From positions 248,001 through 312,000 of the forward strand of contig NIVC01001511.1 of NCBI GenBank assembly GCA_002269645.1: DNA of 64,000 bases, read 5' to 3'. Of this stretch, positions 36,401-49,899 are shown piece by piece. A program made the position numbers and the translations under genes. Numbering within the stretch: the first letter of the stretch is position 1; each line of letters opens with the position of its first letter. The stretch is from Macrostomum lignano (taxonomy: Eukaryota). A model generated the notes under the pieces. That model saw only the letters and a program-made list of their open reading frames with translations, did no database searches and was not told the DNA's origin.

Positions 36401-39400
36401 GCTCCGATGCTTGACGCCACTCCCCCAAACAGCTCCGCTGCCCACCGCGGCTCCCCCAACAGCTCCGCTGCCCACCGCGGCTCCCCCAAACAGCTCCGCT
36501 GCCCACCGCGGTTTCCCCAACAGCTTCGCTGCCCACCGCGGCTCCCCCAACAGCTCCGCTGCTTGACGCCACTCCCCCAACAGCTCCGCTGCCCACCGCG
36601 GCTCCCCCAACAGCTCCGCTGCTTGACGCCACTCCCCCAACACCTCCGCTGCATAACGCCACTCCCCCAACAGCTCCGCTGCATGACGCCACTCCCCCAA
36701 CAGCTCCGCTGCTTGACGCCACTCCCCCAACAGCTCCGCTGCCCACCGCGGCTCCCCCAACAGCTCCGCTGCCCACCGCGGCTCCCCCAACAGTTCCGCT
36801 GCTTGACGCTACTCCCCCAACAGCTCGATGCTTGACGCCACTCCCCAAACAGCTCGCTGCTTGACGCCACTCCCGGACAGCTCCGCTGCCCACCGCGGCT
36901 CCCCCAACAGCTCCGCTGCTTGACGCCACTCCCCAACACCTCCGCTGCATGACGCCACTCCCCAACAGCTCCGCTGCTTGACGCCACTCCCCCAACAGCT
37001 CCGCTGCTTGACGCCACTCCCCCAACAGCTCCGCTACTTGACGCCACTCCCCCAACAGCTCCGCTGCCCACCGCAGCTCCCCCAACAGCTCCGCTGCTTG
37101 ACGCCACTCCTCCAACAGCTCCGCTGCTTGACGCCACTCCCCCAACAGCTCCGCTGCCCACCGCGGCTCCCCCAACAGCTCCGCTGCCCACCGCGGCTCC
37201 CCCAACAGCTCCGCTGCTTGACGCCACTCCCCCAACAGCTCCGCCGCTTGACGCCACTCCCCCAACAGTTTCGCTGCTTGACGCCACTCCTCCAACAGCT
37301 CCGCTGCCCACCGCGGCTCCCCCAACAGTTCGCTGCTTGACGCCACTCCCCCAACAGCTCCGATGCTGACGCCACTCCCCCAAACAGCTCCGCTGCCCAC
37401 CGCGGCTCCCCCAACCGCTCCGCTGCCCACCGCGGCTCCCCAACAGCTCCGCTGCCCACCGCGGCTCCCCCAACAGCTCCGCTGCTTGACGCCACTCCCC
37501 CAACAGCTCCACCGCTTGACGCCACTCCCCCAACAGTTCCGCTGCTTGACGCCACTCCTCAAACAGCTCCGCTGCCCACCGCGGCTCCCCCAACAGCTCC
37601 GCTGCTTGACGCCACTCCCCCAACAGCTCCGATGCTTGACGCCACTCCCCCAAACAGCTCCGCTGCCCACCGCGGCTCCCCAACAGCTCCGCTGCCCACC
37701 GCGGCTCCCCCAACCGCTCCGCTGCCCACCGCGGCTCCCCCAAACAGCTCCGCTTCCCACCGCGGTTTCCCCAACAGCTTCGCTGCCCACCGCGGCTCCC
37801 CAACAGCTCCGCTGCTTGACGCCACTCCCCCAACAGCTCCGCTGCCCACCGCGGCTCCCCCAACAGCTCCGCTGCTTGACGCCACTCCCCCAACACCTCG
37901 CTGCATGACGCCACTCCCCCAACAGCTCCGCTGCTTGACGCCACTCCCCAACAGCTCCGCTGCCCACCGCGGCTCCCCAACAGCTCCGCTGCTTGACGCC
38001 ACTCCCCCAACAGCTCCGCTGCTTGACGCCACTCCCTCAACAGCTCCGCTGCCCACCGCGGCTCCCCCAACAGCTCCACTGCCCACCGCGGCTCCCCCAA
38101 CAGCTCCGCTGCTTGACGCCACTCCCCCAACAGCTCCACCGCTTGACGCCACTCCCCCAACAGTTCCGCTGCTTGACGCCACTCCTCAAACAGCTCCGCT
38201 GCCCACCGCGGCTCCCCCAACAGTTCCGCTGCTTGACGCCACTCCCCCAACAGCTCCGATGCTTGACGCCACTCCCCCAAACAGCTCCGCTGCCCACGCG
38301 GCTCCCCCAACAGCTCCGCTGCCCACCGCGGCTCCCCCAACAGCTCCGCTGCCCACCGCGGCTCCCCCAAACAGCTCCGCTGCCCACCGCGGCTCCCCAA
38401 CAGCTCCGCTGCTTGACGCCACTCCCCCAACACCGCGGCTCCCCCAACAGCTCCGCTGCTTGACGCCACTCCCCCAACAGCTCCGCTGCCCACTCCCCAA
38501 CAGCTCCGCTGCATGACGCCACTCCCACAACAGCTCCGCTGCATTTGACGCCACTCCCCAACAGCTCCGCTGCCCACCGCGGCTCCCCCAACAGCTCCGC
38601 TGCTTGACGCCACTCCCCAACAGCTCCGCTGCTTGACGCCACTCCCCCAACAGCTCCGCTGCCACCGCGGCTCCCCCAACAGCTCCGCTGCCCACCGCGG
38701 CTCCCCAACAGCTCCGCTGCTTGACGCCACTCCCCCAACAGCTCCGCTGCCCACCGCGGCTCCCCCAACAGCTCCGCTGCTTGACGCCACTCCCCCAACA
38801 GCTCCGCTGCCCACCGCGGCTCCCCCAACAGCTCCACTGCCCACCGCGGCTCCCCCAACAGCTCCGCTGCTTGACGCCACTCCCCCAACAGCTCCGCTGC
38901 CCACCGCGGCTCCCCCAACAGCTCCGCTGCTTGACGCCACTCCCCCAACAGCTCCGCTGCTTGACGCCACTCCTCCAACAGCTCCGCTGCCCACCGCGGC
39001 TCCCCCAACAGCTCCGCTGCTTGACGCCACTCCCCCAACAGCTCCGATGCTTGACGCCACTCCCCAACAGCTCCGCTGCCCACCGCGGCTCCCCTAACAG
39101 CTCCGCTGCCCACCGCGGCTCCCCCAACAGCTCCGCTGCCCACCGCGGCTCCCCCAACAGCTCCGCTGCTTGACGCCACTCCCCCAACAGCTCCACCGCT
39201 TGACGCCACTCCCCCAACAGTTCCGCTGCTTGACGCCACTCCTCAAACAGCTCCGCTGCCCACCGCGGCTCCCCCAACAGCTCCGCTGCTTGACGCCACT
39301 CCCCAACAGCTCCGATGCTTGACGCCACTCCCCCAAACAGCTCCGCTGCCCACCGCGGCTCCCCCAACAGCTCCGCTGCCCACCGCGGCTCCCCAACCGC

Positions 39401-42400
39401 TCCGCTGCCCACCGCGGCTCCCCCAAACAGCTCCGCTTCCCACCGCGGTTTCCCAACAGCTTCGCTGCCCACCGCGGCTCCCCAACAGCTCCGCTGCTTG
39501 ACGCCACTCCCCAACACCTCCGCTGCCCACCGCGGCTCCCCCAACAGCTCCGCTGCTTGACGCCACTCCCCCAACACCTCCGCTGCATGACGCCACTCCC
39601 CCAACAGCTCCGCTGCTTGACGCCACTCCCCCAACAGCTCCGCTGCCCACCGCGGCTCCCCCAACAGCTCCGCTGCTTGACGCCACTCCCCCAACAGCTC
39701 CGCTGCTTGACGCCACTCCCCCAACAGCTCCGCTGCCCACCGCGGCTCCCCCAACAGCTCCACTGCCCACCGCGGCTCCCCCAACAGCTCCGCTGCCCAC
39801 CGCGGCTCCCCCAACAGCTCCGCTGCTTGACGCCACTCCCCCAACAGCTCCACCGCTTGACGCCACTCCCCCAACAGTTCCGCTGCTTGACGCCACTCCT
39901 CAAACAGCTCCGCTGCCCACCGCGGCTCCCCCAACAGCTCCGCTGCTTGACGCCACTCCCCCAACAGCTCCGATGCTTGACGCCACTCCCCCAAACAGCT
40001 CCGCTGCCCACCGCGGCTCCCCCAACAGCTCCACTGCCCACCGCGGCTCCCCCAACCGCTCCGCTGCCCACCGCGGCTCCCCCAAACAGCTCCGCTTCCC
40101 ACCGCGGTTTCCCCAACAGCTTCGCTGCCCACCGCGGCTCCCCAACAGCTCCGCTGCTTGACGCCACTCCCCCAACAGCTCCGCTGCCCACCGCGGCTCC
40201 CCCAACAGCTCCGCTGCTTGACGCCACTCCCCCAACACCTCCGCTGCATGACGCCACTCCCCCAACAGCTCCGCTGCTTGACGCCACTCCCCCAACAGCT
40301 CCGCTGCCCACCGCGGCTCCCCCAACAGCTCCGCTGCTTGACGCCACTCCCCCAACAGCTCCGCTGCTTGACGCCACTCCCCCAACAGCTCCGCTGCCCA
40401 CCGCGGCTCCCCCAACAGCTCCACTGCCCACCGCGGCTCCCCCAACAGCTCCGCTGCCCACCGCGGCTCCCCCAACAGCTCCGCTGCTTGACGCCACTCC
40501 CCCAACAGCTCCACCGCTTGACGCCACTCCCCCAACAGCTCCACCGCTTGACGCCACTCCCCCAACAGTTCCGCTGCTTGACGCCACTCCTCAAACAGCT
40601 CCGCTGCCCACCGCGGCTCCCCCAACAGTTCCGCTGCTTGACGCCACTCCCCCAACAGCTCCGATGCTTGACGCCACTCCCCCAAACAGCTCCGCTGCCC
40701 ACCGCGGCTCCCCCAACAGCTCCGCTGCCCACCGCGGCTCCCCCAACAGCTCCGCTGCCCACCGCGGCTCCCCCAAACAGCTCCGCTGCCCACCGCGGCT
40801 CCCCCAACAGCTCCGCTGCTTGACGCCACTCCCCCAACAGCTCCGCTGCCCACCGCGGCTCCCCCAACAGCTCCGCTGCTTGACGCCACTCCCCCAACAC
40901 CTCCGCTGCATGACGCCACTCCCCCAACAGCTCCGCTGCATGACGCCACTCCCACAACAGCTCCGCTGCTTGACGCCACTCCCCCAACAGCTCCGCTGCC
41001 CACCGCGGCTCCCCCAACAGCTCCGCTGCTTGACGCCACTCCCCCAACAGCTCCGCTGCTTGACGCCACTCCCCCAACAGCTCCGCTGCCCACCGCGGCT
41101 CCCCCAACAGCTCCACTGCCCACCGCGGCTCCCCCAACAGCTCCGCTGCTTGACGCCACTCCCCCAACAGCTCCGCTGCCCACCGCGGCTCCCCCAACAG
41201 CTCCGCTGCTTGACGCCACTCCCCCAACAGCTCCGCTGCCCACCGCGGCTCCCCCAACAGCTCCACTGCCCACCGCGGCTCCCCCAACAGCTCCGCTGCT
41301 TGACGCCACTCCCCCAACAGCTCCGCTGCCCACCGCGGCTCCCCCAACAGCTCCGCTGCTTGACGCCACTCCCCCAACAGCTCCGCTGCTTGACGCCACT
41401 CCTCCAACAGCTCCGCTGCCCACCGCGGCTCCCCCAACAGTTCCGCTGCTTGACGCCACTCCCCCAACAGCTCCGATGCTTGACGCCACTCCCCCAAACA
41501 GCTCCGCTGCCCACCGCGGCTCCCCCAACCGCTCCGCTGCCCACCGCGGCTCCCCCAACAGCTCCGCTGCCCACCGCGGCTCCCCCAACAGCTCCGCTGC
41601 TTGACGCCACTCCCCCAACAGCTCCACCGCTTGACGCCACTCCCCCAACAGTTCCGCTGCTTGACGCCACTCCTCAAACAGCTCCGCTGCCCACCGCGGC
41701 TCCCCCAACAGCTCCGCTGCTTGACGCCACTCCCCCAACAGCTCCGATGCTTGACGCCACTCCCCAAACAGCTCCGCTGCCCACCGCGGCTCCCCCAACA
41801 GCTCCGCTGCCCACCGCGGCTCCCCCAACCGCTCCGCTGCCCACCGCGGCTCCCCCAAACAGCTCCGCTTCCCACCGCGGTTTCCCCAACAGCTTCGCTG
41901 CCCACCGCGGCTCCCCCAACAGCTCCGCTGCTTGACGCCACTCCCCCAACACCTCCGCTGCCCACCGCGGCTCCCCCAACAGCTCCGCTGCTTGACGCCA
42001 CTCCCCCAACACCTCCGCTGCATGACGCCACTCCCCCAACAGCTCCGCTGCTTGACGCCACTCCCCCAACAGCTCCGCTGCCCACCGCGGCTCCCCCAAC
42101 AGCTCCGCTGCTTGACGCCACTCCCCCAACAGCTCCGCTGCTTGACGCCACTCCCCAACAGCTCCGCTGCCCACCGCGGCTCCCCAAACAGCTCCACTGC
42201 CCACCGCGGCTCCCCCAACAGCTCCGCTGCCCACCGCGGCTCCCCCAACAGCTCCGCTGCTTGACGCCACTCCCCCAACAGCTCCACCGCTTGACGCCAC
42301 TCCCCCAACAGTTCCGCTGCTTGACGCCACTCCTCAAACAGCTCCGCTGCCCACCGCGGCTCCCCCAACAGCTCCGCTGCTTGACGCCACTCCCCCAACA

Positions 42401-44718
42401 GCTCCGATGCTTGACGCCACTCCCCCAAACAGCTCCGCTGCCCACCGCGGCTCCCCCAACAGCTCCGCTGCCCACCGCGGCTCCCCCAACCGCTCCGCTG
42501 CCCACCGCGGCTCCCCCAAACAGCTCCGCTTCCCACCGCGGTTTCCCCAACAGCTTCGCTGCCCACCGCGGCTCCCCCAACAGCTCCGCTGCTTGACGCC
42601 ACTCCCCCAACACCTCCGCTGCCCACCGCGGCTCCCCCAACAGCTCCGCTGCTTGACGCCACTCCCCCAACACCTCCGCTGCATGACGCCACTCCCCCAA
42701 CAGCTCCGCTGCTTGACGCCACTCCCCCAACAGCTCCGCTGCCCACCGCGGCTCCCCCAACAGCTCCGCTGCTTGACGCCACTCCCCCAACAGCTCCGCT
42801 GCTTGACGCCACTCCCCCAACAGCTCCGCTGCCCACCGCGGCTCCCCCAACAGCTCCACTGCCCACCGCGGCTCCCCCAACAGCTCCGCTGCCCACCGCG
42901 GCTCCCCCAACAGCTCCGCTGCTTGACGCCACTCCCCCAACAGCTCCACCGCTTGACGCCACTCCCCCAACAGTTCCGCTGCTTGATGCCACTCCCCCAA
43001 CAGCTCCGCTGCTTGACGCCACTCCCCCAACAGCTCCGCTGCTTGACGCCACTCCCCCAACAGCTCCGCCGCTTGACGCCACTCCCCCAACAGTTTCGCT
43101 GCTTGACGCCACTCCTCCAACAGCTCCGCTGCCCACCGCGGCTCCCCCAACAGTTCCGCTGCTTGACGCCACTCCCCCAACAGCTCCGATGCTTGACGCC
43201 ACTCCCCCAAACAGCTCCGCTGCCCACCGCGGCTCCCCCAACCGCTCCGCTGCCCACCGCGGCTCCCCCAACAGCTCCGCTGCCCACCGCGGCTCCCCCA
43301 ACAGCTCCGCTGCTTGACGCCACTCCCCCAACAGCTCCACCGCTTGACGCCACTCCCCAACAGTCCGCTGCTTGACGCCACTCCTCAAACAGCTCCGCTG
43401 CCCACCGCGGCTCCCCCAACAGCTCCGCTGCTTGACGCCACTCCCCAACAGCTCCGATGCTTGACGCCACTCCCCCAAACAGCTCCGCTGCCCACCGCGG
43501 CTCCCCCAACAGCTCCGCTGCCCACCGCAGCTCCCCCAACAGCTCCGCTGCCCACCGCGGCTCCCCCAACAGCTCCGCTGCCCACCGCGGTTTCCCCAAC
43601 AGCTTCGCTGCCCACCGCGGCTCCCCCAACAGCTCCGCTGCTTGACGCCACTCCCCCAACAGCTCCGCTGCCCACCGCGGCTCCCCCAACAGCTCCGCTG
43701 CTTGACGCCACTCCCCAACACTCCGCTGCATGACGCCACTCCCCCAACAGCTCCGCTGCTTGACGCCACTCCCCCAACAGCTCCGCTGCCCACCGCGGCT
43801 CCCCCAACAGCTCCGCTGCTTGACGCCACTCCCCCAACAGCTCCGCTGCTTGACGCCACTCCCTCAACAGCTCCGCTGCCCACCGCGGCTCCCCCAACAG
43901 CTCCACTGCCCACCGCGGCTCCCCCAACAGCTTTGCTGCCCACCGCGGCTCCCCCAACAGCTCCGCTGCTTGACGCCACTCCCCCAACAGCTCCGCTGCA
44001 TGACGCCACTCCCCCAACAGCTCCGCTGCCCACCGCGGCTCCCCCAACAGCTCCGCTGCTTGACGCCACTCCCCCAACAGCTCCAATGCTTGACGCCACT
44101 CCCCCAACACCTCCGCTGCTTGACGCCACTCCCCCAACAGTTCCGCTGCTTGACGCCACTCCCCCAACAGTTCCGCTGCATGACGCCACTCCCCCAACAG
44201 CTCCGCTGCTTGACGCCACTCCTCCAACAGCTCCGCTGCCCACCGCAGCTCCCCCAACAGTTCCGCTGCTTGACGCCACTCCCCCAACAGCTCCGCTGCT
44301 TGACGCCACTCCCCCAACAGCTCCGCTGCATGACGCCACTCCCCCAACAGCTCCGCTGCATGACGCCACTCCCCCAACAGCTCCGCTGCCCACCGCGGCT
44401 CCCCCAACAGCTCCGCTGCTTGACGCCACTCCCCCAACAGCTCCAATGCTTGACGCCACTCCCCCAACACCTCCGCTGCATGACGCCACTCCCCCAACAG
44501 CTCCGCTGCATGACGCCACTCCCCAACAGCTCCAATGCTTGACGCCACTCCCCCAACAGCTCCGCTGCTTGACGCCACTCCTCCAACAGCTCCGCTGCAT
44601 GACGCCACTCCCCCAACAGCTCCGCTGCCCACCGCGGCTCCCCCAACAGCTCCGCTGTCTACCGCCTCTCCCCCCCAACAGTTCCGCTGCTTGCAGCCTT
44701 TTCCCCAACAGCTCCGCC
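30410..44718 (-). repeat. Inverted 30-bp satellite array, about 14.3 kb (roughly 475 units)
   Basis: Same units in reverse orientation, with recurrent 31-bp variants and higher-order blocks; homopolymer indels are denser around 34.9-39.5 kb. Confidence 0.98.
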
Positions 44719-45589
44719 TCTATCAGGATTTTAGGGAATTTACCACCAATTCGTCTGATCGGGTGCACGTTGTACACCGACAAAATAATGGTTAAACACA
44801 GCGTGCAAGCTTCAAGACAGGGACATGCAGTTATCAACAAAGCATTCTCTAGGAAGCTTGATCGGCACAAATAATTGGCACCAGACGTATTGCTTTTGAC
44901 GATGTAAGAGACTTGCGCCAATTCAAATGGGACGCCATATGTTTCTCAAGCATGTTTCTGAAGCGAAGTCACAGGATTTTTATGAGTATTGCAAAAGCAG
45001 TGGCAGAAAGAAAGATTAAGGTGAATGTTGTGAAGTGAGTTGTTTTTTATTCAGGCTAGTATTTTGCGTTGGTTTAGCTTAAGCCTGTAGCAGAGAAAGT
45101 GGTCAAACTCGGGGAAAGTGGAAGTTGAAAAAATGACCCCGGTTGGCATTTATTGCATTCCATTATATCAAGAACTTTTATTGAAATTTTAGACCTACAT
45201 TCCTTGGTTCTAGCTCGTATGAGTGATCCAAAGATCAAATACTAAGTTTGCTGCTCAATCTGCTTTCCATATATACCTTGCTTGAGAAGCATATGGATCA
45301 GTGAGGAGTCTGGCTAGTCTCGTTTAGATTGTCAAAAGCAATACTACAGCATGGCATTTCAATGTATTTCAAGAGATTCAAACGGCTATTACGCTAGTAG
45401 CATTCAGCAGCAGATTGGTTTCGGCGCCACGCAATGTAAAATTATTGGCGCAATGTTACGTCAGTACATGCGGAAGTACTATATAGCTGTAATGCAAAAC
45501 AGCGGCAGTAGCTAAATATTGACAACCAATATTTAGCTACTGCCGCGTAATATTTTGCGAACAATATTACACGCAATAATAGCATTGAC

Positions 45590-46350
45590 ACCGGCTCGCC
45601 CGGCCGTAGCCTCGGGACCAGGGGCCCTGCATCGTGAGTAGCAGGACGTCCTGCACTGGTTGAGAACAGTAAGCCTCCGCCGAATGGTGTGGTCCGCCAG
45701 TTGAAGTCTGCCTGCGGAGGGTCTCGCTAGGTCGTCGCAGCAGTCTGGCAGCGCGGCGTTCTGCAGGACAACTCGGATGGAGCGGAAGGCAACCCAGGCC
45801 AGGCCTGCGTCGCGCCAAGTCCTCCTGGACACTGGGCACAAGACTGCCGAGGTACGTGAAGCGCGTGCAACGAGGTAGAGCCGCTGCACGATCGTCGGGC
45901 GTCCCAGCAGGTGATTTTGATAGGCAGCTCAGCAGGTACAGTCATCACCTCCGTCTTCTCGATGTTCGCCGCTAGCCCGACCGATGCCGCAGCTGCCACA
46001 AGGCTGTCTAGCATACGCTGGGCTCCCTCAGCCGTAGAGGCAAGCAGCGCCAGGCCGTCGGCGTAACCCAGGAGCGACAGCCGCTTCTCCAGATGGCGGC
46101 TGTTTGTTTGCAGGCACAGTAGGAAGCTGTCCTCATCTGTTGGCAGGGCCCTCCGTAGCACCCCATCGAGCACCAACACGAAAAGGTAGGCCGCGTGTCG
46201 CCTCGCCTTGCAGCACCCTGAGGTCGTGTTGAACAGGTCGGACAGTACGTCAGGTGCCACTACTGCGGCAAGGGTCTCCTGGTAGAGAGCTATGGTTGCT
46301 GCGACCAGTCGCTACGGCACGTAGAATGACCACAAGACCGGTGCGAGGAC
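45590..46350 (-). pseudogene. Mirror copy of the RTE-like RT fragment, right arm
   Basis: Reverse complement of 24580-25340 with a 1-bp indel near 45805. Confidence 0.85.
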
Positions 46351-46449
46351 ATTCTAAAGAGAAGAAGAAGAGAAATTCTTCTTCACTTCTTCTAAAAAGT
46401 ATAGTTAAAGTTTAATTAGCAGAACTACGAGGTGAGGCTGGAAAGGAGA

Positions 46450-47030
46450 AAAGGGTAGGGTCTGAAGGGGAGAAGAGGCTGGGGTCTGAAGGGGAGGAGA
46501 GGGTGGGGTCTGAAGGGGAGGAGAGGGTTTGAAGGGAAGGAGAGGGTGGGGTCTGAAGGGGAGGAGAGGGTGGGGTCTGAAGGGGAGGAGAGGGTGTGAT
46601 CTGAAGGGGAGAAGAGGGTTTGAAGGGAAGGAGAGGGTGGGGTCTGAAGGGGAGGAGAGGGTGGGGTCTGAAGGGGAGGAGAGGGTGTGATCTGAAGGGG
46701 AGGAGAGGGTTTGAAGGGAAGGAGAGGGTGGGGTCTGAAGGGGAGGAGAGGGTGGGGTCTGAAGGGGAGGAGAGGGTAGGATCTGAAGGGGAGGAGAGGG
46801 TGGGGTCTGAAGGGGAAGAGAAGGTTGGGTCTGAAGGGGAGGAGAGGGTGGAATCTGAAGAGGAGGAGAGGGTGGGGTCTGAAGGGGAAGAGAGTTGGAT
46901 CTGAAGGGGACAAGAGGGTGGAATTTGAAGGGGAGGAGAGGGTGGGGTCTGAAGGGGAAGAGAGAGTTGGGTCTAAAGGGAAGGAGAGGGTGGGGTCTGA
47001 AAGGGAGGAGAAGGTGGGGTTTAAAGGGGA
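46450..47030 (-). repeat. Mirror copy of the 24-bp minisatellite, right arm
   Basis: AGGAGAGGGTGGGGTCTGAAGGGG units. Confidence 0.95.
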
Positions 47031-48491
47031 GAAAAAAGAGCAAAGCAAAGAGGAATGGCAAAGAGGATGGGGAGGAGGGGAATTGCAGCAAGGATAGAAG
47101 AGGAAAGGAATGGCAAAGAAGACAGGAATGGCAAGGATAGGGGAAGAAGGGAAGTTTAGCAAGGAATATAGAAGAAAAAATATAAGAATGAAAAGAAAGT
47201 AGAAGAATAACAAACATAGGCAAGGAGAAGAATGTCAAGGGTAGGGGGTAAGCAAAAAGAATAGGAGAATGGAATGGCAAGGTCTAGGGGTAAGTAAAAA
47301 TGTTAAAGAGGTAAGAGAGAAAAATGATAATAAAAAAGGGCAATATGGCAAAGAAAAAGAATAAAAGGAATGAATAGTATAGATCATAAAAAGTTATTAT
47401 AGGTAATAGTTAGGTAGAATAGGAAAAAGGGGATGATATAGAAGATAAGGGGAAGCATGGCAAAAGGGATAGAAAAAGGATTCATATGATAAATAAGGTG
47501 GGAGAAGGGATAACAAAAAGGAATAAAGGAAAAGAATATTATTAGAATAGCATAAAAGGAAAAAAAAGGAAAGGAAGCTAGGATAAAAAATGCTAATAAT
47601 AATAGAAAAGAATAAGGATATAAAAAGAAAATGGTTTATATTCAAAGCTTTATTAATTATATATAGATCTAATATAAGCAAAATGAAGTTTAGGGCCTAA
47701 AATGACTACTCTCCCATGCTACTCCTAGATGGCTTATCTATTCTAATTCTTTATTTATAAGTGGTAAATAAAAATGGTATATTGTTTATTTGTAAAAATA
47801 ATTAATATTAGAAAGCACTACAATTAGGCCTGAATATTGATATAGGCCTAGCAAAAATATTTTTTCTAAATTAATTGCTATGCCTAGTGTTAGGCCTAGG
47901 CCTACTATATTCATTATGATGACAATATAGAATAACAATAGCCTAGGTGCTAGGCCTATGTTAGGTCTATATGCAATTATGACATTGTCCATATCTAATT
48001 CATTAATAAATTATATCTTAATTAGAGCCACATATTATTCCCTCCCTTATAGAAATAAAGGTTTCTCTTCTAATTAAGCAAATTGACTGCAAAAGATTAA
48101 CTAGGTGTCTAGGCCTATATATATAATGCTCAACAATCCAAAGGCAAAATCTTCTTGAATCCTTAGTCAGCCAGCCAATTAATTGACCTAGAAAGTAGCT
48201 GTAGTAGATTTACATTTTATTGAGCAATGCTATAACTATAACCAATGCTTGTTAAATCAATTAATATTCAACAATCTAAAAAGGACGATCAATACTACAG
48301 TACAATATTACCTATGAAGGTCAGATAAAAGGCTTTCTTTCTACTATAACTCTAAGGCAACAATTGCTGGCCTAGTATATCAGATGATTGCACCCTGAGC
48401 GCAGCACCGCTGCTGACTACCATCCTGGGTCATCATGCGCATTTAAATTAGCGCTTATTCCCCGTCCTATGTAAAAGTATGTTCCGCATTG

Positions 48492-48576
48492 AAAGCGGCA
48501 AACTACCCGTAAAGCTACGACTATACGCGTAGGCTGTAGCTTTGTAAGCCACGATGCGCACGTAGTTTACCGCTTT
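48492..48576. other. Terminal 85-nt stem-loop of the right giant arm (mirror copy)
   Basis: Reverse complement of 22329-22413. Confidence 0.85.
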
Positions 48577-48629
48577 ATCGTTGTGACACGGGTGTTCGAA
48601 TGCGGGTCATTACTATTAATAATTTCCAT

Positions 48630-49330
48630 TCAGACATTCATTAATCATCTTTAAACTTTAACTTAAAGATTAACAAAAAACTTTAACAAAACCGCAGTAA
48701 CTTTTTTACTTGAACAAAACGCTTTAAGATTGTACAAAAACTTTGACGCAACCTTATCGATAAACACTACTTTCCGAGTCGATTAAGCCAAGCAGCGCAA
48801 ATTGTGCTTGATGCATGTTTTTGTTTTAAAAGTTTTTGTTCTGTTTATTGCTTTCTCGCTTTAGGTAGTTGCTCAACATATGCATTTTCAGCCGCCCTGC
48901 TTTTCCAGTTTTTCCTTTTAATCTAATATTTTTTAACTAATAAGTGTCTGTTAGCTAATGTAAAGCTGGACCGCGAAAATACACTACATTCTAAACACAG
49001 TTTGCAGGTGAATAACTCGTACAGGCTTTAAGCTAGAGTGCTGATTTTTTACTTGCCAACGCATTTTGCGTGCGTCAAGAGAAAAATAAAGTTTCATAGC
49101 TCTGCATGTATTTTAAGACGTTCTGCTGAGCTGCATAATAATACACTACGGAGATATAAGGAACATACTTTATATGTGAATTATTCGTACAGGCTTTTTT
49201 AAATGCCGAGATATTTTACGTAGTTTTTTATCTTGGTTGCGTCAAAGTTTTTGTACAATTTTAAAGCGTTTTGTTCAAGTAAAAAAGTTACAAGCGGCTT
49301 TGTTAAAATTTGATTGTGAATCTGAATGTC
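48630..49330. mobile_element. MITE-like element with about 70-100-bp imperfect TIRs
   Basis: GTAACTTTTTTACTTGAACAAAACGCTTTAA(G/A)ATTGTACAAAAACTTTGACGCAACC at about 48697-48753 and reverse complement at about 49235-49290; weaker match extends outward (CATTCAGA). Confidence 0.7.
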
Positions 49331-49778
49331 AATCGGGAAATGAATACGTTTTGTCGACTGTACTCGTTACTAATATGTATACGTTTGAAATTCTACTTCA
49401 AAAAAAGTTAGAGTAACAAATAATTACGCATTTTACGACAAATTTAACAAGTAGATGTGCTCCGCGGGCATCAGGGACCCAAATGTCTGCCGTGATTGTG
49501 TGCCGAGGCATTAGGGACCCCTTGTGTGCGCCGGAATTTTCCGTGGCAAAGCAACCTTCCTGACTATTCGAGCGCGATATCATTTCTAAAGACTTGAATA
49601 TATTGATGAGTCTAGAAAGATCTCTAATCCACATAAAATGTAGATATTATATAAAGTAGAAACATCAGATTAGAAAGAATAGAAACCCAAAGTTAGGATT
49701 CCTGTGGTCATAAGCAGCGTTAAAGATTTCTCCATTAAAAGCAGCCCGATCACTGTAATCTCGGATCACAGAGTCTCA

Positions 49779-49847
49779 CTGTCCGCTGGATTGTCTGTCC
49801 GCTGGATTGTCTGTCCGCTGGATTGTCTGTCCGCTGGATTGTCTGTC
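49779..49847 (+). repeat. 16-bp tandem repeat (CTGTCCGCTGGATTGT)x4
   Basis: Four perfect units plus a partial. Confidence 0.95.
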
Positions 49848-49899
49848 GCCGCTTTGACTGTCGTCGGATCGTCCTGCCGCCGGTTTGACCGGTTCATAA

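Larger units (their letters stand above)
22311..48594. mobile_element. 26.3-kb giant inverted repeat (foldback-like element or inverted segmental duplication)
   Basis: 22311-26210 mirrors 44719-48594 (about 99 percent by eye; 15-bp indel near 22428, 8-bp indel near 23070, scattered substitutions). Satellite arrays lie inside in opposite orientation; spacer about 29068-30384. No TSD or transposase found. Confidence 0.9.

Noticed and set aside
26211-44718. CRISPR-like appearance (constant repeat plus variable part)
   Set aside because: The variable part is only 10 bp with two or three recurring states, not unique spacers; eukaryotic context and no cas genes.
26008-44921. Very long ORFs (up to 1731 aa), including mucin-like TAPLLDATPP/TAPLPTAAPP and Gly/Ala/Ser-rich repeats
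   Set aside because: They arise because a 30-bp unit is stop-free in five of six frames. Recurrent 31-bp variants tied to specific units shift the mucin frame into the TGA-containing frame, variants are mostly non-synonymous, and no convincing start, signal peptide or splice context was found. A transcribed mucin-like exon cannot be fully excluded without RNA data.
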